Shown in pieces: positions 52,725-62,184 of a DNA stretch of 64,000 nt. How positions within the stretch are numbered: position 1 is the stretch's first letter; the number at the start of each line of letters is the position of its first letter. Made by a program: the position numbers and the translations under genes. Source of the stretch: Porphyridium purpureum (lineage: Eukaryota); NCBI GenBank assembly GCA_008690995.1, contig VRMN01000008.1, positions 186,001-250,000 of the forward strand. Direction: 5' to 3'. The notes beneath the pieces are model-generated. The model saw only the letters and a list, made by a program, of their open reading frames with translations, did not search any database and was not told the DNA's origin.

Positions 52725-52887
52725 GTCTTCCCACCCTCACGTCCCGGAACGTGCGGCACTCCCCCCGCGCGCACTGCCTCCCACCCGACTCCCTTTCACC
52801 GCAAGCCACCACCAACACCCGTCACAACCTGCTGCTCCTACTCTTGACCTCGCCCCCCCCACCAAACGTCCCGACCCGAAACACACC

Positions 52888-52965
52888 GAACCCTAATCCG
52901 AACTCAAACCCTAACAAGCAGCCACCACAGTACCTTCGTGTACAGTTTCTCGACCAGAGGTACAG
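52888..52965. promoter_or_regulatory. Divergent promoter: telo-box-like AAACCCTAA and two GTACAGTT
   Basis: AACCCTAA at ~52889, AAACCCTAA 52906-52914, GTACAG 52940 and 52960. Confidence 0.45.
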
Positions 52966-53025
52966 TTGCGGTCAAGTTTTGGACGCAAGTTTTCGGGTGC
53001 GCACGCCGTTTGCCCCCGATTTTGA

Positions 53026-53670
<645 letters not shown>

Positions 53671-54056
53671 ACAAGACGCGTGTCTTGCGTGCGTTATCGT
53701 CTGTGGGGAATCACCGAACGCCGGAACCCAAGACATTCTTGACAAAGGGGCTCAGCGAACAGTTTCTTCTTTTTTTTTTTTCTTCTTCCTTCCTGTCCTT
53801 TGATTTCCTCTTGACCACTTTTTGTGAATGCGGTCGAGAGTACACAATGGTTTAATCAGAGTAAATAGTCACACTCGTGAACGGCTAGATTTTGTAGCCC
53901 AAGCTGCGAAATGCGTTTGTCGCTGTCTATACCAAAGAGGCAGTCTCCAAACCGTCATATTCGCGTCATGAGCTACGCAAACCAATCAACCTTCTTCGAC
54001 TGATGGGAACGGCGGGCTCTCGATAAATACTAGATAAAACGAGTGCACGGGAACTC

Positions 54057-55421
54057 TTAATATACGCGGACGTTGGAAGAAGGTATTTCGTCCGACATTG
54101 TGTTCCCTGCGGCGACCGTCTCGCCAGAATTCGACGCAGCCCCTTCTGAGCTACCCTGCTCTTGCTTCTCATAATCATAAGCAATTTGCATGAGGCTGGC
54201 GTGGCACAAAGGGCACACTTTCTTCCGTCCGATGAGAACCCAATTTGACAGGCACTCGGAATGAAAGACGTGCGTACACGGTAGAAGGAAAATCTCTTGC
54301 TGGCTCTCCTCTTCTATCATCGCTTCTAGACAGATGGAGCATTCTTCGCATTCGCGCTCCTCGACAACTCGTTGCCGCTCCTCAGCGGGAACGAGACAGG
54401 TGAATTCTAAAGCACGGATGATCCGTCGCCGCCGACTGGACGGCCCCTTTTTCTGAGGAGTCTCCACTCCGTCCGGCATCATAGGACGCATATCCTCCTC
54501 CGCCACATAGCGGCGTGCGTGCAGAACGGCAAACAAAACTGAAATCATCCACAGGCTCCCCATAATTAAGGTAGTCACAAGAACAAACCAAAATCCAGTC
54601 GAGCTAGAGTCATCCAATCCGGAGCCCATAGAGACGGTTCGCGACTCGCCCGGCTTCACCCAACAAGCGTATCGGTCCACTGGGTCAAAGGATGAGTTCA
54701 CCGTGTTTGCTTCGCTTTCCGAAAGCCAGTACGAGGGTGATGGTCCCCAGTACGCCACGACCGACTCATCCGGCGGAACTGGCTCCGAGCTGCCGGATAC
54801 TTTGTAATCACGAACCCGAAACTCCACGCGGTAATTCCAATTATTCGGCGGATTGTCGCATCGCCTCAGGCAAGAGCCTTGCACCTTTGAGCTAGTGACC
54901 TCGCAGTTCGTCTTGTCCCAATCGGCGGTGTTCTCACCCTCGGTTGCAAAGATCACGGTCACCACGATACCGCCACTAACAATCAGAAACAGCAGGCAAA
55001 GGTATATCATGTAAGGCAGCGGCACCATTCTCACGTGACGCATAAAATGCTTGTACCATCCGACGAAACCCGTCGGTCGCGGCGGGCGCTCGAGCATCCC
55101 ATCCCTGTTTGGGTCGGCACCATCGTCCCCGAGACCTCCGTCCCGCCGTTGCGGCTCCCCGTCAACCCTCGCTTCCATGTTCTCGCGGTTCACCTCACGA
55201 CTGGCCGCATCATGACGCAACGGCGCGTGTGGGGTGTTGATTCCCGCCGCGGCCGTTTGTGCGGCGTCGTCCAGCACGAGCGAGTCCAACACTCCCGACC
55301 GCACCGAGAATGACGACTGCATGTCTCCCTGCGCGGCGCCGCTCGCGCGCAGCCCACCACCAGCAGCCGCATCCGCGCGCGCTGCGTCGCTCTCACTCGA
55401 AAACACCCTGTCGCGCTCCAT
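54057..55421 (-). CDS. Two-TM membrane protein with Cys-containing loop and C-terminal RING-H2 E3 ligase domain
   Basis: TM1 YMIYLCLLFLIVSGGIVVTVIF, TM2 FWFVLVTTLIMGSLWMISVLFAVL; CSICLE...LPCTHVFHSECL..W...CPLC. Confidence 0.88.
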   Translation of the reverse strand: MERDRVFSSESDAARADAAAGGGLRASGAAQGDMQSSFSVRSGVLDSLVLDDAAQTAAAGINTPHAPLRHDAASREVNRENMEARVDGEPQRRDGGLGDDGADPNRDGMLERPPRPTGFVGWYKHFMRHVRMVPLPYMIYLCLLFLIVSGGIVVTVIFATEGENTADWDKTNCEVTSSKVQGSCLRRCDNPPNNWNYRVEFRVRDYKVSGSSEPVPPDESVVAYWGPSPSYWLSESEANTVNSSFDPVDRYACWVKPGESRTVSMGSGLDDSSSTGFWFVLVTTLIMGSLWMISVLFAVLHARRYVAEEDMRPMMPDGVETPQKKGPSSRRRRIIRALEFTCLVPAEERQRVVEERECEECSICLEAMIEEESQQEIFLLPCTHVFHSECLSNWVLIGRKKVCPLCHASLMQIAYDYEKQEQGSSEGAASNSGETVAAGNTMSDEIPSSNVRVY

Positions 55422-56431
55422 CTGCCACTCTTCGCGCTTCCGCCAAGCACGACCCCTTACGTCCCGACTTTCACCCGCGCGCACTTTCCCACGTCACCGC
55501 ACGGCTACGAATCGCGTGCCGTTTAACGCCGCCGCCGCTCGCCAAACCTCCGATACTGGCGCGTGGTCCACGGCTAATGCATTTCCCTCCTCCCACCGCA
55601 AGCGCGCCGCCTCCGACTCGCCGTGGATCCCCTTCTCCGACAAGCTCTTACCAAGCTCACAAGTCACACGCTACACGCGTCTTGGTACACGCGGAACGAC
55701 GTCAGCGCGCCTTCCAAATCGTGCTATCAAGCTGCACCTTTTTCCATATGTCCCATGCCCCTCCTGCTCATCATTTGGTTTGAGAGAAGGCAAGAACAAA
55801 GAGCGAGGAGGGAAGGAGAGAAAGATCCAGCGACCGAGCGAGAGCCAAGAGAGCGAAGAGAGAAAGAAATTAGCGGGATAGGAGCGGGTGGAACGCGCGC
55901 CGATTTGGCGATGACTGCCGCGCAAACGGCGTACGTGCAGCGTCGTCGAATTCAGCACACGCGCGGGTGGAACGTGAAAAGGCTGTACCGCGGGATCGAG
56001 CGTCTGGGACACAGACCTTGCGTCAGTTCGACGTTTAGAAGGCTGATGCGATGTGAGCCACTTTTGTGCGCTGACGTGCAGAATGCCGTGCGCACGGTCT
56101 GCCGTGTGCGCAAAAAAGCTAAAGCGGTCTAAATTTACACACACGTGTCAATCACCAACCGCAGTCTGAGCGTTGGCGCGTCGTTGCCACTCGGACGGCA
56201 GTACTTGGAACTTGCGCTTGGTCTGGCGCGCTTGGTCGTGGTCGGGCTTGTTGTCGAAGGCAAGGGCCTGGCTGCCTGCATCGCGCAAAGAGACGAAGGT
56301 TGCTTGTACAACACGGCCCTGCGCTTGCGAACGCGCAACAAAGTAGCGTCGATTCGGCTCACCACTTGATCTTCGTCCTGTTGGCGCGCGGGCTCGCTGG
56401 CTGCGGAGAAACCCTGAAACAGAAGGCTGAG

Positions 56432-56475
56432 GTACAGTGGTATGATGCGGCGCGTGTATGTACAGTGCACTGTAC
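56432..56475. promoter_or_regulatory. GTACAG plus perfect palindrome GTACAGTGCACTGTAC upstream of the RNase P RNA
   Basis: 56432-56437 and 56460-56475. Confidence 0.55.
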
Positions 56476-56538
56476 TTGGTTCGGGGACGAAGACGGCGGC
56501 AGCGCACGACGCAGGGTGAAGAAAACCGGATGGACAAG

Positions 56539-57068
56539 AGGGGTAGGGCTGAAGTGTGCCTTGGGGAACGCGCTCGCATGGACGTGTGTACAGACGGAGC
56601 GCAGTGCCCGAGAGGGCGCCGTCGCTCGTAGGAGATTTACAGCATCACGTGGAGAAGGTCTTGGCAATACCCCGTCCTCCCCGGCGGCGGCGTGTCTGCT
56701 GTCCGGGGCGGTTTTCCGAGACGGACCCGTCATTGATCGTGTACATGGCGGCCGGCCAACAAGAAATGCTCGCCCCGTCGGTTTCCGGCGGGGTCGCACC
56801 CGCATGGCCCCGGATTCGTCGTCCGTGAAGCGATAGCTGCGGCCTGCAGCGCGGCGGTGGCGCCTGGGCGCCCCCCGCCGTGCTGCGCAGGATCCGCGCC
56901 GCTGAGATGGCCGGTCTTGTGCGGTGCTTGGAACATGGGTCGGTGGGGTGACTTGATAATCAGTGCAATGTGTGAGGGGCAGTCCAACCTGATGTTTGCG
57001 CAGCAGGGAAGGATCGCCTAACCCAATCAAGACTACGATGTTCCCAGGATACTTCAGCCCTCACCCCT
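56539..57068 (+). ncRNA. Nuclear (eukaryotic-type) RNase P RNA, ~530 nt
   Basis: CR-I GGAGAAGGTCTTG 56651-63; CR-V AACCCAATCAAGACTAC 57020-36; P4 GGTCTTG/CAAGACT; CR-IV AGTGCAAT 56962-69; CR-II ACAAGAAA 56759-66; CR-III TGAGA 56903-07; P1 56545-57/57049-61; P2 56573-79/56970-76. Confidence 0.88.
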
Positions 57069-57072
57069 TTTT
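57068..57072 (+). terminator. T5 run, Pol III-type terminator candidate
   Basis: TTTTT immediately after the 3' strand of P1. Confidence 0.55.
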
Positions 57073-57184
57073 GCCCCAAAGAGAACGAGATAGAGAAAGA
57101 AGAATACAGGGCTCTTTTTCAGAGGCATTCGTGTCCGACGTCGTCGGAAAGGCTCCGCATTTCATCGACGTGATCCCTACCTTC

Positions 57185-58906
57185 TTATCGCTTTTTACTG
57201 ATCCCGCGCGCAAGTCTACCTTTTCTCTCTGCGCGTTTCGCGAGCTTGGCACGCTCACGACTTACCTTGGTCACCACGGGCCTGCGCTCTAGCTTCCGCA
57301 GTTGGCGCCTATCTGTAGAGGCGAGTTCGAGCATCCACGCTGGCACGTTTGCCCCACTTGCAGCCGCCACAACTGCGACGGCCTTCAGCAGGGGCTGGTC
57401 TTCCTGGCTGAACATGGTGAACGCGCGACTCTGCTCGCTCGTCTCTCCGGCCGCTATCCCGCGACCTGCGCGACCAATGCGATGAACGTACGTCACGGCA
57501 CTGGTGGGGAAGTCGAAATTGATTACCGTGTTCACGCCGCGAAAGTCCATTCCTCTGCAGAGGAGATCCGTTGTTACCAAGGCCCACACAACGCCCGATC
57601 GAAAGTCATCTACGACGCGCTGCCGATGAGAGTGAGACAATCCGGCGTGCATGGCAGCACAACCACTGATGTCCTCGCTCAACGCTTTGTGTACCCATTG
57701 CGCGCGGTCCTGGGTCTGCACAAACACCAGAGCAGGTGCCATTATGCGATTCTCTCGCAGCAGATTCCGCACAGCAAGAACCTTGGCACGATCTCCTGCG
57801 ATTCCACCGTTGCCGACGAAAACAAACTCTTGCTCGACACGCTCAGCCACCTCCTGTACAGCTGCCGTGCCTCCGTACGAAGCGGCGCCCACCACAATTT
57901 TCACATGGCTCTCCGCTTTCGTGTCTAAAACATTCGGCACCAAAGTCTGTGACAACGTGGCCGAGAAAAGGTGCTTCTGGCACCCTTTGCCGCGCTTCAA
58001 GCCCGTTCCGCAAGCCTGAAGAATCCCTTGCACTTGCTCATAGAATTGACCTACTTCAAACATCTTATCGGCTTCGTCGAGCACAACATGCTGCACATAC
58101 TCGAGCCGAATAAAGCCCTTTACCAGCTCGCTGGATAGGCGCAGGGGAGTTGCGATCAAAATATCCACACCCTTGCCCTCGTTACTATGCAACCCAGCAG
58201 CGTGCGCTCGAGTGACCAGCAGGCGACACTTCACGCCTCGAGCCAGTGCTTCACGCTCGATAACCAACTGCTCGAGGAAAAGGTCGCACACACGACATAT
58301 TTGCTGCGCAAGCTCAATGGTGGGCGCCAGAATCACAGCCTTGGGCAGTTCAAGTCGCTTCAGTTTGCTCTTCTCCTTCAGCGTGTGCCGCAGGCGCATA
58401 ACGTGAACGACCAGTGGCACCAAAAATGCGAACGTCTTGCCGGATCCAGTGGGAGCCACTGCTACGACTTGTTTGTCCAGGAGCATGCAGGGGATCACTT
58501 GACGCTGCACAGGCGTCGGCTGCAGTGCGTGGATGGCTGCCAAAGCATTCGGCACAGCAACATTCAAATTATACGGAGCATCGCAAAGGTCCACAAAGCT
58601 TTCCAGCGGATCGGGTAGATCAGTTAGTCGCGACGCATTTTCGACTTTGATCTTTAGTTGGTTTCTCAGCGCATTCGATCGCTCGCGATGCGCGAGGCTT
58701 TCGTCAGAAGCCCCTTTGCTGCCGGCTTTCTCCCTGGCCGTTCGTGTACCTTTCGTTGCGAATTCAGGCTGCGGCACTGCCGTGCGCGCGTCTTTCGACT
58801 TGGCACCAGCCCCAGCTTCGCTGTTCGGCCCCTTAATCCTCTTGCCCACATTTTGCGAACTGCCTTGCACGCCACCCATGAGCGCGCGCAGCACGGCATT
58901 GTCCAT
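57185..58906 (-). CDS. ROK1: DEAD-box RNA helicase ROK1/DDX52
   Basis: PTPVQRQVIP, APTGSGKT, DILIATPLRL, DEADKMFE, FSAT, PALVFVQT, YVHRIGRAGR; N-terminal NALRNQLKIKV..LPDPL. Confidence 0.9.
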   Translation of the reverse strand: MDNAVLRALMGGVQGSSQNVGKRIKGPNSEAGAGAKSKDARTAVPQPEFATKGTRTAREKAGSKGASDESLAHRERSNALRNQLKIKVENASRLTDLPDPLESFVDLCDAPYNLNVAVPNALAAIHALQPTPVQRQVIPCMLLDKQVVAVAPTGSGKTFAFLVPLVVHVMRLRHTLKEKSKLKRLELPKAVILAPTIELAQQICRVCDLFLEQLVIEREALARGVKCRLLVTRAHAAGLHSNEGKGVDILIATPLRLSSELVKGFIRLEYVQHVVLDEADKMFEVGQFYEQVQGILQACGTGLKRGKGCQKHLFSATLSQTLVPNVLDTKAESHVKIVVGAASYGGTAAVQEVAERVEQEFVFVGNGGIAGDRAKVLAVRNLLRENRIMAPALVFVQTQDRAQWVHKALSEDISGCAAMHAGLSHSHRQRVVDDFRSGVVWALVTTDLLCRGMDFRGVNTVINFDFPTSAVTYVHRIGRAGRGIAAGETSEQSRAFTMFSQEDQPLLKAVAVVAAASGANVPAWMLELASTDRRQLRKLERRPVVTKVSRERAKLAKRAERKGRLARGISKKR

Positions 58907-59254
58907 AGCAAGATCGACTGGAAATACAAGTTGCCTACACCACCCTCGCCGTCGCCGTCGCCTTGCACACGACGAATCAACTCTACTTTTGCGAGGAAGC
59001 AGCCCTCGTCAACAAAGATGCGACTCGGGGAGTGACATTTGGCAATCCGTCTGAATGTTGCGTGCCACGTCGTGGACTCCGGGGCTTCGCACCAAGTTTT
59101 GCGAATCGTGGATGGCTGGACCGTGGCTAGTGTGCCTTTTACTTTAAGAGAAGTCTCACAACATCAGGCCTTTTCTCCTTTCAACAAACTGGAATGTAGA
59201 GTACGCGCATGGAAAGTGAGTGATCATGTACTACTGAGCTCTGAAAAAATCTTT

Positions 59255-60202
59255 CTACTTCTTTCTCATGTATCGCTCCCAGCGGCGGTGGTTCAAGCCG
59301 GAGAGATCTGAGAGTTCTGCAATACACTCCAAGTATTCCGAAAGCTTGAGCAATTCGCGATCGGTTGCCCGCAAAGTGTGCGCATTTTTGAAAGGCCGGA
59401 TCTTTAAGCCATTCTGTGGGTTCATGATAAAGTTCCGTGACAAGTCATCGAACATAATGGTGTTGTGAGGTGCATAGTGGCACCTTAGCGTCTGCCAAAT
59501 GTAGCCCAGCGGCTTGCAATTGAACACCCGTTCTTCGTGTTGCACTGTCACCATGGCAAGATGATCCACCAACATCGTGATTTTGTAGTCTGAGTGCGAG
59601 AGCACCCCAAGCTCCTCCATCTTAACTTTGATCCACTTCATGTTTGTTGCGCTCCAGATGATGATGTCGTAATGCCGATACGCGATCGTCAAAAATTCGT
59701 GCAGGAACGGGCGCATCAGCTCGTGCGCGTGTTCCGCGTTACTGCGATGGTCAAACAATGTGTAGTCAATGTCAAGGACAAGCAGCTTCTTGCCCTCCCT
59801 CGGTGGATTCAGAGGCTCCAATTTGTAGTTTTCGACTCGTCGCGCAAGCTTCTGCAAATTCTCCGGGCGCGTACATGTTTCCATCAGCGCGGCGCCGTCC
59901 GCGCCGTCCAGGTCGAGGTCATCGTCAACCTCAGGCAGCGGATTATTCGCCTCATCAAACTTGAACGTCTCGATTTCGGCATCCGGGGTCCCCATCAACA
60001 TAATTTGCTTGGGGAGCGCCAGCTCGCTTAACTTGCGGTCGTCGCGCGCCGGCTTGCCGCCTTCTTTCAGGTTCAGCAGCTTCTGCCGCTTCACATCGAC
60101 ACATGTCTGCTTAAAAAGCGCATGCTTCAGCCCGCCCACCGTCGCATCGTCCGCCACTTCAACCACGAGCGTCCGGCCCTGCCACTTGACCTGTATCTCC
60201 AT
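59255..60202 (-). CDS. UBLCP1: Ubiquitin-like domain-containing CTD phosphatase
   Basis: N-terminal UBL (VKWQG...RQKLLNL...LMGT); LLVLDIDYTLFDHRS; NTIMFDDLSRNFIMNPQNGLKIRPF. Confidence 0.95.
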   Translation of the reverse strand: MEIQVKWQGRTLVVEVADDATVGGLKHALFKQTCVDVKRQKLLNLKEGGKPARDDRKLSELALPKQIMLMGTPDAEIETFKFDEANNPLPEVDDDLDLDGADGAALMETCTRPENLQKLARRVENYKLEPLNPPREGKKLLVLDIDYTLFDHRSNAEHAHELMRPFLHEFLTIAYRHYDIIIWSATNMKWIKVKMEELGVLSHSDYKITMLVDHLAMVTVQHEERVFNCKPLGYIWQTLRCHYAPHNTIMFDDLSRNFIMNPQNGLKIRPFKNAHTLRATDRELLKLSEYLECIAELSDLSGLNHRRWERYMRKK

Positions 60203-60378
60203 CGCAGCCGCCTCTTCCCGTCTCGCCACTCTTCCTTCTTCTCAGTGTCAGTCGCTCAGTTTACACTTTCGGTTTGCAAGAAATGAACCGTTTCGGAAAT
60301 GCGCCGATTCGGTTTCTACTTGGCGCTTGACCGAGCTGCGTTGCGCAGCAGCTCGAGCGACATGGGCACGGCCACGCA

Positions 60379-60807
60379 TCAGTATTTGTACTTGGTGGAG
60401 TAGTCATGAGTGGAGGTCACAAGCCCCTTGCCCTTCACGGCGCCGCGATACACAATTTCCACAATGTCGATAAACTCCTGCGTCTCCTTCAGGGCCCACG
60501 TGATCTTGTTGTTGTTGCCCGTCCCGCAGTCCACCATGATGTGCTTGTTCCGAAAGAAGAACATGAGCGCGCAGTCCTCGTACAATTCGTACATCTGCGT
60601 GAACTCGGGCACCTCGCGCTTGTCCACAAGATACACCACGCAAAAGTTTTTCACCAGCTCAGCCGCCTTGTACAACGTTTCATCCATCAACATGCACTCT
60701 GGATCGGCGTCCGACCCAAAGCGCACCGCAACCACCTTGTCTGTCTCCTTTTGAATGGCTTGGTCGACAGCGTACGCCGTCCGCAGATGAGGCAGAAAGT
60801 ATGCCAT
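60379..60807 (-). CDS. DIM1: U5 snRNP thioredoxin-like protein Dim1/Dib1/TXNL4A
   Basis: MAYFLPHL..VDQAI, MFFFRNKHIMVD.GTGNNNKI, DYSTKYKY. Confidence 0.97.
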   Translation of the reverse strand: MAYFLPHLRTAYAVDQAIQKETDKVVAVRFGSDADPECMLMDETLYKAAELVKNFCVVYLVDKREVPEFTQMYELYEDCALMFFFRNKHIMVDCGTGNNNKITWALKETQEFIDIVEIVYRGAVKGKGLVTSTHDYSTKYKY

Positions 60808-61079
60808 GATCAGCGTGAGCACGACCCTCCTTGTTCAAAGCTACTCGTCCCTTGCGGCGCGGTCTGTAGAATCGTCGTTCTTCGAAAGTAGAGTAGCAGC
60901 GTCGTTGGAAGACGAGGTCGAGGCAAGTCCGTCCAAGCTCTTCGACATCAGCTCGGAGCTCGGCAATGCTGTTCATCAGCTGTTCCGTGTGGAGAGGGCG
61001 CGAGCGAGGCATTAACTCAATCAAGAGAGCGAAGGGGCTCTGGGCAGAAGCGCCTAGAAGGGGACGGGTAACTTGTGCA

Positions 61080-62087
61080 ATGGGCGGATTTATGTCAAAG
61101 ATTCTGGGCAAGAATGAGCATGTGTACCACGAGACGCTGGCCAGAATGGCAGCCATGGATGGGAAAAATATCGTCATCACTGGGACCACATCTGGGACCG
61201 GATACGCGACCGCGCTTGCATGCGCGAGGAAAGGTGCGCGCGTGTATATGATGAATCGGCCGTCCAGTCGCGCCGAGCGCGCGATCGAATCGCTGCGTGC
61301 AGAGGTGTCGAGCGAATTAGTCATTCAGGTCGATTGTGATTTGATGAGTTTTGCATCTGTGCGCGCGGCGTGTGAAACAGTGAATGCGCAAATCAAGGAC
61401 AAAGGAATCGATGCGCTTGTGTGTAACGCCGGGATAATGACATTCCCAGACGTCCGCACACTGGACGGTTTCGACCAGCAGATGCAGACCAATCATCTAT
61501 CCCACTTTCTCATAACCAAGTTGCTGCTGCCAGAGCTTCAGAAGGCTGCAGATCTTCGTGGCGAGGCGCGCGTCTGCCTTCATACAAGTCTTTCGCGGCT
61601 TGGCTTTCCGCTCGATGCCAAGTACTACCGCAAGTGCATGCCGGGGACACTTGGGGGCGACGGGCTGGGTGCTAGAATTGAGAGATACCACCAGTCTAAG
61701 CTTGCAAATGTAGTTTTCCAGCAGGCGCTCGCAGATCGACTTGGTGCGAACAGTAATATTCTCGTGCTTTCTGCCGCACCCGGCTTTTCTGAAACCAATT
61801 TGGCTGCGACCATCATCCAGGATACACGACACAATGTCGGGGCTCGCCTTCTCCTGCAGCTTTTTGGCATTTGCGCTCAAGGCTCTCTGGCGGGCGCAAG
61901 CCCACTTCTGACCACCGCATGCCTTCCTGTGAAGACCCGCGAGCTTTGGGAGCCATCGCACCTTGGTCGTGTTCGCGGCCCGCCAAGATCATTTTCCATC
62001 GAAAAAGTGTGCTTGGACGAGGAGGCGCGGGACGTTTTGTGGGAGGTCAGCGAGGAGGCTATCGGTGAAAAGTTCATGGTCTCATAA
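61080..62087 (+). CDS. Short-chain dehydrogenase/reductase (retinol-DH/WWOX-like)
   Basis: ITGTTSGTG, CNAGIM, QMQTNHLSHF, YHQSK (YxxxK). Confidence 0.92.
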   Translation: MGGFMSKILGKNEHVYHETLARMAAMDGKNIVITGTTSGTGYATALACARKGARVYMMNRPSSRAERAIESLRAEVSSELVIQVDCDLMSFASVRAACETVNAQIKDKGIDALVCNAGIMTFPDVRTLDGFDQQMQTNHLSHFLITKLLLPELQKAADLRGEARVCLHTSLSRLGFPLDAKYYRKCMPGTLGGDGLGARIERYHQSKLANVVFQQALADRLGANSNILVLSAAPGFSETNLAATIIQDTRHNVGARLLLQLFGICAQGSLAGASPLLTTACLPVKTRELWEPSHLGRVRGPPRSFSIEKVCLDEEARDVLWEVSEEAIGEKFMVS

Positions 62088-62184
62088 GGGCGCGGTAGGG
62101 ACTCGAGGGAGATCGCATTAAGATATTATTAATTTCAGAGCAAAGCAAACCCCTCAAAATTTCTGTTCCTGTACACATTGCGAA

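Noticed and set aside
52888..52914. AAACCCTAA as interstitial telomere
   Set aside because: Only two dispersed copies; at most a telo-box-like promoter element.
56539..57068. Alternative identity as RNase MRP RNA
   Set aside because: P4 and CR-V sequences are P-type, and a P-type specificity domain with CR-II/CR-III is present.
56148..57292. ORFs 56300-56836, 56359-57030, 56556-56828, 56730-56987, 56996-57292
   Set aside because: No recognisable domains; better explained as chance ORFs in the GC-rich RNase P RNA and its flanks.
60680..60976. Minus-strand ORF MNSIAELRADVEEL... overlapping the DIM1 start out of frame
   Set aside because: No recognisable homology; cannot be distinguished from a chance uORF.
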